DNA from: Promethearchaeota archaeon
GTDB taxonomy: Archaea; Asgardarchaeota; Lokiarchaeia; Sigyniarchaeales; SOKP01
DNA length: 12,660 nt
Assembly: GCA_048938445.1 (NCBI GenBank)
Contig: JBHLME010000129.1
Location: forward strand, 1-12,660
Reading direction: 5' to 3'
Part shown: piece by piece, positions 6,190 through 12,660 of the stretch
Numbering within the stretch: the stretch's first letter is position 1
Layout of the letters: each line of letters begins with the position of its first letter
The notes under the pieces: model-generated
Database searches by the model: none
What the model was told of the DNA's origin: nothing
The model's input: the letters and a program-made list of their open reading frames with translations, nothing else
Program-made: the position numbers and the translations under genes

Positions 6190-7947
6190 ATGAAACACAA
6201 AAAAAGTATATTTATATCTTTTTGTTTGATTGCCTCATTTTTAATATCGGGAGCTATTAGTAATATATTGAACATTTCAATAGAAGAAAATCTCAATTTA
6301 AAGACTGCGGATGATAGTTATGAAGAAAATGATACTTTTGCAATGGCGATTGTTGTTAGCACTCCCTTTTCTTCGTCAGGATTAAATTGTTCTGATGATG
6401 ATTGGTTCCGATTTAATATACCTGGAAATGATAATTCACTGATCGTTGATCTCCTCTTTAATCATTCCGAAGGTAATTTGGACCTTGGTCTTTATAATTC
6501 AAGCTTACAATTACTCCAACTTTCAAATAGTTTCGATGATAATGAGAGCATAGGATATTATATCACGACTCCTGGTGATTATTACATAAATATTAGCTAT
6601 TATAACTTCGCAAATTATAATTATACATTAAATATAAATGTTCTACCGGGTAATATCTTTGAAAACATTCAGATAATAAATCCTGCTATTGGCATTAACT
6701 GGTTTAATGCAACATTTAATAATATTAATTGGACATGGACGGGAAACATTCCTACAGTTAATATTACCCTATTAGCTGACGATTATACACCTGTAGCCCC
6801 AATTGCAACCAATCTACTCAATACGGGAGGATTCTCATGGTTCATTCCAAATAACATTCCTACAGGATCTTATCGCATCGCTGTTGCTGACTTTATTGAT
6901 TCAACGCCCGTGGGTATAAGCGAAATCTTTACAATCACAAATACTGGAGGACCGATTGAATCAATTACGGTTATCAACCCTAACTCACTTTCTACATGGT
7001 TTATAGATACGTGGCAAACTATTGATTGGTCATGGACAGGAAGTATTACCGATGTTAGCATAGCATTATGGGATACTTCAAATACAATCGTTGATTTCAT
7101 TGTAGCAAGTGAATCTAATGATGGAGATTATGATTATTGGGTGCCTAATTGGATATCTCCAGGTTTGTATTTTATAGAAGTTAGAGATAGTTCAGGTCCT
7201 GCTGGATATAATACTAGTTATTTTCAAATAATTAACCAACCACCTTCAATTCAGTTAACATCTCCAACTGAAAGTAACATATGGATTAAGTATACCTATC
7301 AGTGGATAAATTGGACATGGACAGGAAATATTAATAATGTAGGAATCTGGATATATGACTGTTCTAACAGTATTTATGAATATATCACTTCAGTTACAAA
7401 TACTGGTTCATACCAATTTTGGGTTTCTGATTTCCTTCCTTCAGGGGGGCCGCTTCCATCAGGAAATTATTACATTAGAATAAATGGTGAACCTGCTGGT
7501 GTTGAAGACACAAGTGAAATATTTCCTATTATTAATTCAGGTGATTCACAAACTATTTACATAAATTCCCCTCAAGCGGGTGATGTCTGGCACAGGAATT
7601 CCGCATATGAAATTAATTGGTGGTGGAGTGGGGCAATTACACGAGTGAATATTGAAGTTTGGAATGATACAGGGAGCGGTACGGTAAAGATTCGAGATAT
7701 CGCGCAAAATATTATCAATTGCGGGAAATACATGTGGTCCATTCCTATCATCTTTGCAAATGGAAATTCCTACTTCATTAAAATCTACGATTCAAACAAT
7801 CTTTCTACGTTTGATGATTCAGGTCTCTTTTCCATAGAAAGCGCGGGAATTCCAGGTTATCCCGTCTTTATAGTCTTGGGCGTTTCCATAATATCTGTCG
7901 TGAGTTTAGTCTATTATCAAACAAAGAGAAAGAAAAGGATATCGTAA
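6190..7947 (+). CDS. Cell-surface glycoprotein: signal peptide, PPC-like domain, four Ig-like (Ser/Thr-rich GPI-anchored/Kre9-N-like) repeats, Loki-CTERM-type anchor
   Basis: MKHKK is followed by a hydrophobic stretch. DDSYEEND..DDDWFRF..NLDLGLYN..PGDYYINI is PPC-like. Four ~91-95-aa repeats follow, about 15 N-x-S/T sequons by hand count, and C-terminal IPGY + TM + KRKKR. Alternative start is GTG 6178. Confidence 0.85.
   Translation: MKHKKSIFISFCLIASFLISGAISNILNISIEENLNLKTADDSYEENDTFAMAIVVSTPFSSSGLNCSDDDWFRFNIPGNDNSLIVDLLFNHSEGNLDLGLYNSSLQLLQLSNSFDDNESIGYYITTPGDYYINISYYNFANYNYTLNINVLPGNIFENIQIINPAIGINWFNATFNNINWTWTGNIPTVNITLLADDYTPVAPIATNLLNTGGFSWFIPNNIPTGSYRIAVADFIDSTPVGISEIFTITNTGGPIESITVINPNSLSTWFIDTWQTIDWSWTGSITDVSIALWDTSNTIVDFIVASESNDGDYDYWVPNWISPGLYFIEVRDSSGPAGYNTSYFQIINQPPSIQLTSPTESNIWIKYTYQWINWTWTGNINNVGIWIYDCSNSIYEYITSVTNTGSYQFWVSDFLPSGGPLPSGNYYIRINGEPAGVEDTSEIFPIINSGDSQTIYINSPQAGDVWHRNSAYEINWWWSGAITRVNIEVWNDTGSGTVKIRDIAQNIINCGKYMWSIPIIFANGNSYFIKIYDSNNLSTFDDSGLFSIESAGIPGYPVFIVLGVSIISVVSLVYYQTKRKKRIS
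6664..7836 (+). repeat. Four intragenic ~91-95-aa Ig-like repeats
   Basis: Recurring I..(N/S)P.....W......I.W.W(T/S)G.I..V.I...N.G.Y.W....G.Y.I......S..F.I. The DNA AATTGGACATGGAC(G/A)GGAAA(C/T)ATT is shared by repeats 1 and 3. Confidence 0.85.
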
Positions 7948-7952
7948 AAATC

Positions 7953-7963
7953 TTTTTTTTTTT
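7953..7963 (+). terminator. Oligo-T (T11) archaeal terminator
   Basis: T11 begins 6 nt after the TAA of the surface-protein gene. Confidence 0.65.
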
Positions 7964-7976
7964 ATCTCAATTCAAA

Positions 7977-8333
7977 TTAAAAACCCATTTTAACATTCGA
8001 ATTTGGAGTCAAAATGAGATAATGTTCACCAAGACGTCCTATTGAACCCCCACTTTGCTTCAAGAAAGCCTTTAAGTCATCAATTGTATTCTTTAAGATT
8101 TCTATTGGGATTTGTTTATTTTCCAAAATTTCTCTTGCGTTAACTATTAATATTTTTCTGCGCATTAGCTGCTGTTTTATATCAACTATTTGATCTATTG
8201 AACTAAGATTAAACTTTTTAATGAGGAAGTTTTGAAATAATGATACTTGAGAAAAATCAAAATCCTTGGAAAAACCCATAGTCTCCTGAGGAGAACCCAC
8301 TAATATGTCATTCTTTTTAAGATATCTTCCCAT
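7977..8333 (-). CDS. sepF: Cell division protein SepF (archaeal type)
   Basis: LSSIDQIVDIKQQL...ILIVN...LKNTIDDLK...GGSIGRLGEHYLILTPNSNVKM matches the archaeal SepF core (GGxI...yvIvTP). ATG 8333 is preferred because GTGAGG lies upstream; the ORF track starts at 8354. Confidence 0.82.
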   Translation of the reverse strand: MGRYLKKNDILVGSPQETMGFSKDFDFSQVSLFQNFLIKKFNLSSIDQIVDIKQQLMRRKILIVNAREILENKQIPIEILKNTIDDLKAFLKQSGGSIGRLGEHYLILTPNSNVKMGF

Positions 8334-8516
8334 AGTTGCCTCACATGTATGCATTATAAAACCAATGCAAATTTTAACTAATTTAGAAATAGAAATCCTA
8401 TAATTTAAAAAAGTGAATTATCTGAATATGTTCTCAAACATCATTCATGTGTTACCTGCATAATTCCTTTCTTTTATGAATCAGATGAGTCTTGATTTAA
8501 ATTAAAGTAGTTATTC

Positions 8517-10817
8517 TTAAGGGAAGATGGGAAGAAGCAAAACGAAATTACTTCCCTTGGTGTGATTTCCTTTTATTTTATCTTCAACCCATATTTCTCC
8601 TTGGATACTTTCAATAATTCTTTTAACAAGTGATAAACCTAAACCAATTCCTTTTGATTTTTGATCTGCATTAATTTGACGTTCGAAAATTTCTCTCTTT
8701 TGAGAATCAATTACACCTCTTCCATTATCTATAAATTCCAATTTTAAATAATCATTTTCTTCTTTTGAAACCTTCGAAATTTTAATTATGAGTTCAATTT
8801 CAGAATTCTCATTATGTTTTACAGCATTATTTATGATATTTAAAAATACATCTTGTAAGAGTTGTGTTCCTTTAATACTAATCTTTTCCATTCTTGTCTC
8901 AACTTGAGTGTTTAATTTCACATTTGGAAACCTTTTTTTCACTTGTTTTATCGAGTTACTTAAATATTCATTAATATCAATATTTTCGAGATTTGCAATA
9001 GTTGAATCTAAAGTTGAAAGTTTTCGGACATTTGAAACTAAATTGGCACCCCTTTTCACTTGGTTTTTTATGAGATCAAATAGACTTAAAATTTTTTCTT
9101 GTTCCTCCTTTTTCTTTAAATAAATGGTACTCAATTCAATGGAAGTTAAGATGTTTTGCATGATATTGCTTATATCATGAGCAAATAAGTCTTTATAAAA
9201 TTCTGCTAAATTATATGCTTGCTGATATTTTTCTTCAGTTTGCTTCAAATAAGTGATATCTCTCCAAATACCTTGTATTACATTTTTATCTTGATATTTT
9301 ATTATTTTAGCATTAACAAGAATATTTTTTAATTCCCCTGACTTTGTTCTATGGATTGTTTCAAAGATATCTGAACCTTCAGTTACAATCTTTTTAAATT
9401 TTTCATACATTTTTTCTGATCCTTCTGCATTAAAATCAGCTATTCCCATATTTTTAAATTCATCTCGAGTATATCCAAGAACTTCAAATGTTTTATTATT
9501 AAAATCAATCAAGTTGCCATTTTTAGGATCAATTATAACTATCGCATCTCCCGCTTGTTCAAATAAAGCACGATATTTTTCTTCTGATTCAATTCTTTTC
9601 TTTTCTGCAATCTTTAAATCAGTAATATCTCGCCAAATACCCTGTATGGCATTTTTGTTTTGAAATTTTACTAATTTAGCATTAATAAGCACATCTTTTA
9701 TTTCACCAGATTTAGTTCTATGTTTTGTTTCAAAAATGTCAGAACCCTCCTTTTTAACCTTTTTAAGATGATTTATGACATCCTCTTCCGATTCAATTAT
9801 ATTATAATCAGCAATTCTAATATTTTTAAATTCTTTGCTAGTATAACCTAGAACTTCAAATGTTTTGTTATTATATTCAATCAAGTTTCCAGTTTCAGGA
9901 TCAATTATAACTATCGCATCCCCCGCTTGTTCAAATAAAGCACGATATTTCTCTTCTGATTCCTTTAGTTTCATTTCAGCGATTTTTTGTTCGGTAACAT
10001 CTAAGAATAGCGCTGCCATTTTTCCAGGTGATGTTTGAAAAGCATAAACATCATAAGCCCCTTTAATTTGCTGATCTTCATATGTAAAATGTTTTGTAGA
10101 CCATGATGTTCCTTCCTTAGCAACTTTACGATATTCAGTTGGGACTTCTGAATCTGCTAAGGATGGAAAAGCCTCTTCAATAGTTTTACCTATAAATTGA
10201 GTATTATCAACACCAAGGATCTTATCTGCGGTAGGATTTGTTCCTATAAATATGAGACGATTATCTGGTTCTAATTTATACATGTGAATTCCCATAGGGT
10301 TTGACTGAACAATGTTTTGGAATTGGATTTCTGATTCAAGTGACTTTTTAGTTCTTTCTTCAACTTCTTGTTCCAATTTGAGATTTAATTTTGTTAATTC
10401 CTCTTCTTTTTCTTTTAATTTTTTGATTGCATCCATATGATCTGAAAAATCTTCAAAAACCGTAACAAAGGTTCCTTTTTCAAATGAAAACACTGAAAGT
10501 CTGAAGTATCTATTTAATTCATCAAATTTAGCAGTAAATGATGTAGGGATTAAGGTTTCAGCGACCTTTAAAAAAATAGGAAAAAAAGGAGGCTCTTTTG
10601 TAGTATATACATCTGTCGCAAGACGTCCAACTACATTTTCTTTTTTTAAACCTAAGATCTTCTCATACATGGGGTTTACATCGGTAATAACATAGTTTAC
10701 AGGGACCCCGTTTAAATCATAACTAATTTTGTGAAAAGCAATGCAAGCTATAGAATTCTTAAATAATGATTGATATTTTCTTTCTAAAATATCTACAATA
10801 TTCTCATTCCCAACCAA
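8517..10817 (-). CDS. Cytoplasmic sensor histidine kinase with four PAS domains
   Basis: Four PAS/PAC units ending FEDFS, FLDVT, WRDIT and WRDIT. H-box FAHDISN, N-box NIINNAVKH, G1 DNGRGV, G2 GIGLGLSL, then GSNF. No TM segment. TTG start, exact position uncertain. Confidence 0.93.
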   Translation of the reverse strand: MVGNENIVDILERKYQSLFKNSIACIAFHKISYDLNGVPVNYVITDVNPMYEKILGLKKENVVGRLATDVYTTKEPPFFPIFLKVAETLIPTSFTAKFDELNRYFRLSVFSFEKGTFVTVFEDFSDHMDAIKKLKEKEEELTKLNLKLEQEVEERTKKSLESEIQFQNIVQSNPMGIHMYKLEPDNRLIFIGTNPTADKILGVDNTQFIGKTIEEAFPSLADSEVPTEYRKVAKEGTSWSTKHFTYEDQQIKGAYDVYAFQTSPGKMAALFLDVTEQKIAEMKLKESEEKYRALFEQAGDAIVIIDPETGNLIEYNNKTFEVLGYTSKEFKNIRIADYNIIESEEDVINHLKKVKKEGSDIFETKHRTKSGEIKDVLINAKLVKFQNKNAIQGIWRDITDLKIAEKKRIESEEKYRALFEQAGDAIVIIDPKNGNLIDFNNKTFEVLGYTRDEFKNMGIADFNAEGSEKMYEKFKKIVTEGSDIFETIHRTKSGELKNILVNAKIIKYQDKNVIQGIWRDITYLKQTEEKYQQAYNLAEFYKDLFAHDISNIMQNILTSIELSTIYLKKKEEQEKILSLFDLIKNQVKRGANLVSNVRKLSTLDSTIANLENIDINEYLSNSIKQVKKRFPNVKLNTQVETRMEKISIKGTQLLQDVFLNIINNAVKHNENSEIELIIKISKVSKEENDYLKLEFIDNGRGVIDSQKREIFERQINADQKSKGIGLGLSLVKRIIESIQGEIWVEDKIKGNHTKGSNFVLLLPIFP
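9252..9962 (-). repeat. Tandem duplication of a PAS-PAC unit (9621-9962 and 9252-9590)
   Basis: The first 22 aa are identical (ESEEKYRALFEQAGDAIVIIDP), with about 70% aa identity by hand alignment. The DNA repeat is visible at a 369-372-nt period. Confidence 0.92.
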
Positions 10818-10975
10818 AAAAAAAACGCGTCCTTATTAATTCAATTATATGATAAAAAATTAAAAATTTTTACAATATTGATAAATTTAATCTTATTTAA
10901 AATTATTTGATTCATGTAATCTCAAATAAAAAATGATGAAATATTTATATGATTACATTCAATAATTTCCTTATC

Positions 10976-11509
10976 ATGACTCACAATTCAAATGATTATT
11001 TAGAATTCATTAAATCAAGAAAAAGTATTCGAAAATTTAAAGATAAAAAAATCGATAAACAAACGATTAATAGCATTTTAGAATGTGCTCGTTGGGCACC
11101 ATCAGGATTAAACAACCAACCATGGAAAGTTATTGCTGTACTGTATCCTACAATAAGGAGGTTATTAGCAGATTGTACTAAATATGGTAGTATAATTGAA
11201 AATGCACCAGTTAATTTTGTAATATTCTTAGATATGGAAAAATCATATGATAGAGTGAAAGATATTCAAGGAATGGGCGCTTTCATTCAAACTATGCTTC
11301 TAAGTATTCATGCTTTCGGATTAGGCGCAGTATGGTTAGGAGAAATATTAAATAATAAGGAAGCCGTAAATGAAATTTTTAAGCTTGATCAAGAAAAGTT
11401 TGAATTAATGGGTGTTGTAGCTATGGGAGAAATTGCGGATACCAAGGAAAACGAAGAAATTATGAAAAGAAAAAGAAAATCTATTGATGAATTTACGGAA
11501 TTCATGTAA
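10976..11509 (+). CDS. Nitroreductase family FMN-dependent oxidoreductase
   Basis: IKSRKSIRKF, ARWAPSGLNNQPW and MLLSIHAFGLGAVWLG. Start is ATG 10976 or ATG 10949. Confidence 0.93.
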   Translation: MTHNSNDYLEFIKSRKSIRKFKDKKIDKQTINSILECARWAPSGLNNQPWKVIAVLYPTIRRLLADCTKYGSIIENAPVNFVIFLDMEKSYDRVKDIQGMGAFIQTMLLSIHAFGLGAVWLGEILNNKEAVNEIFKLDQEKFELMGVVAMGEIADTKENEEIMKRKRKSIDEFTEFM

Positions 11510-11556
11510 TTTTAATGATAATGATCTTTTATTAGATAGATAAAATTACCTTATTT

Positions 11557-12660
11557 ATGAAAGATATTACAAATATATATGCTAAATATTTTAAGGACCC
11601 AAAAAGAGAACCCGTCTTAATCGACCATGTAAGAACCCCAATTGGTAAAAAACGTGGTACTTTGATCCGCCACCGGGGTGATGATTTAATAATTCATTGT
11701 TATGTAACGCTTTTAAACAGGAATGAGTTTGATAAAAGTTTATTAGGGGACTCTATTGTCTCTTGTAATAGCCAAATTGGCTCTTGCGCAATGGATATAG
11801 GACGAAATGCTGCGTTGGGTTCGCATTTACCCGTATCTGTGGGTGGTATGAGCATCAATAGACATTGTGCTAGTGGAGCTCAAGCAGTACTTTCAGCATG
11901 GCAAGCAATCGCCTGTGGAGCACATGATGCCGTGATTTGTGGTGGTATAGAAATACAAAATCAATATCCAATAATGTCAGATACTTTTGTTTTTGATGAA
12001 GAAGTAGGAAAACCGGTAATGGTACCTCCTAATAAAAAAATATTGAATAATCCAGAAGTAGCTTCAAGAATAAAAGAATTAAATGCAAACATATCGAGTC
12101 AAATTAATTCTGCTCATTTACTGGGGATATATTATTATAGTAAAAATAAAAATCTTGAAATGAACGAGTTTAAAGGGGAACATAGAGATGAATTTAGAAA
12201 AGAACTTGATGAGATCTCCCTTCTTTCCCATCAAAAAGCTATCCGGACTTATGATAAAAGAGGTAAGGAAATTGAACCTATCTGGTGTCCAAAATTAGAC
12301 GAGGAAGGAAATAAATTACTTGATGAAAATAATAATATCGTGATGGACGATAGCATGTCCGTTTTAACTCGAGATGATGAGACGCCTCGGCCAAATTCTT
12401 CTTTAGAGATACTTCAAAAATTAAAAACGATTACCGGAAGAAAATCTCAAGCATTTCTGACAGCAGGAAATAGCTGCCCGACGAGTGATGGAGCAGCGGC
12501 TCAATTATGGATGACACGTGGACTTGCTGAAGAATTAGGTCTCAAACCAAGAGCAAGTATTGTTGATTTTGCAATACTAGGTTCTGATCCTGTACTAATG
12601 CTTGATGGTCCGATTAAAGCCATGCCTATGGCCTTAAATCGTGCAAACTTAACTTTTAAT
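11557..12660 (+). CDS. Thiolase family (acetyl-CoA C-acyltransferase-like), 3' end runs off the window
   Basis: Manual translation of an open frame of 368 codons from ATG 11557 gives VRTPIGK, SINRHCASG (nucleophile Cys), SHQKA, DETPRP, TAGNSCPTSDGAAA and GSDPVLMLDGPI. Not in the supplied ORF track. Confidence 0.93.
   Translation, partial: MKDITNIYAKYFKDPKREPVLIDHVRTPIGKKRGTLIRHRGDDLIIHCYVTLLNRNEFDKSLLGDSIVSCNSQIGSCAMDIGRNAALGSHLPVSVGGMSINRHCASGAQAVLSAWQAIACGAHDAVICGGIEIQNQYPIMSDTFVFDEEVGKPVMVPPNKKILNNPEVASRIKELNANISSQINSAHLLGIYYYSKNKNLEMNEFKGEHRDEFRKELDEISLLSHQKAIRTYDKRGKEIEPIWCPKLDEEGNKLLDENNNIVMDDSMSVLTRDDETPRPNSSLEILQKLKTITGRKSQAFLTAGNSCPTSDGAAAQLWMTRGLAEELGLKPRASIVDFAILGSDPVLMLDGPIKAMPMALNRANLTFN

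Noticed and set aside
6870-7100. 76-aa minus-strand ORF
   Set aside because: Antisense shadow within the surface-protein repeats.
8415-8466. SECIS-like reading of the hairpin (AUGA...GA inside an outer helix), considered because Lokiarchaeia use eukaryote-like SECIS elements
   Set aside because: Helix II would be too short and poorly paired in that register, there is no apical AA motif, and no neighbouring gene has an in-frame TGA.
8908-9123. 71-aa Phe-rich plus-strand ORF
   Set aside because: Antisense to the Lys-rich kinase core, a compositional artefact.
1-12660. CRISPR array, tRNA/rRNA, IS element or provirus
   Set aside because: No spaced direct repeats, GC-rich structured RNA, transposase/integrase motifs or terminal inverted repeats were seen. 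The long repeats are intragenic domain duplications.

Overview
AT-rich archaeal chromosomal window, very likely from an Asgard archaeon of the Lokiarchaeia/Promethearchaeota type. The assignment rests on an lsm-rpl37e pair, an IPGY+TM+basic 'Loki-CTERM'-type anchor, a gelsolin-domain protein, archaeal-type SepF and capped LRR modules. Gene order: rpl37e (partial, missing from the ORF track) <- Sm/Lsm with acidic tail <- | -> two 2-hydroxyacyl-CoA dehydratase/benzoyl-CoA reductase-family subunits -> <- SCP2 lipid-binding protein <- gelsolin domain + tandem 40-aa helical repeat | -> soluble LRR-TIR-coiled-coil protein -> PPC + 4x Ig-like surface glycoprotein -> <- SepF <- soluble 4xPAS histidine kinase | -> nitroreductase -> divergent thiolase (partial, missing from the ORF track). 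The most interesting part is 3555-7947. It holds an LRR-TIR protein with Toll-like-receptor domain order and an intact TIR catalytic Glu, divergent from an atypical gelsolin and followed by an Ig-repeat surface protein. A functional link between these three is only a hypothesis. A nested, possibly switchable inverted-repeat element lies between the kinase and sepF. No rRNA, tRNA, CRISPR array or mobile element was seen. All calls are by-eye motif recognition; no searches were run.
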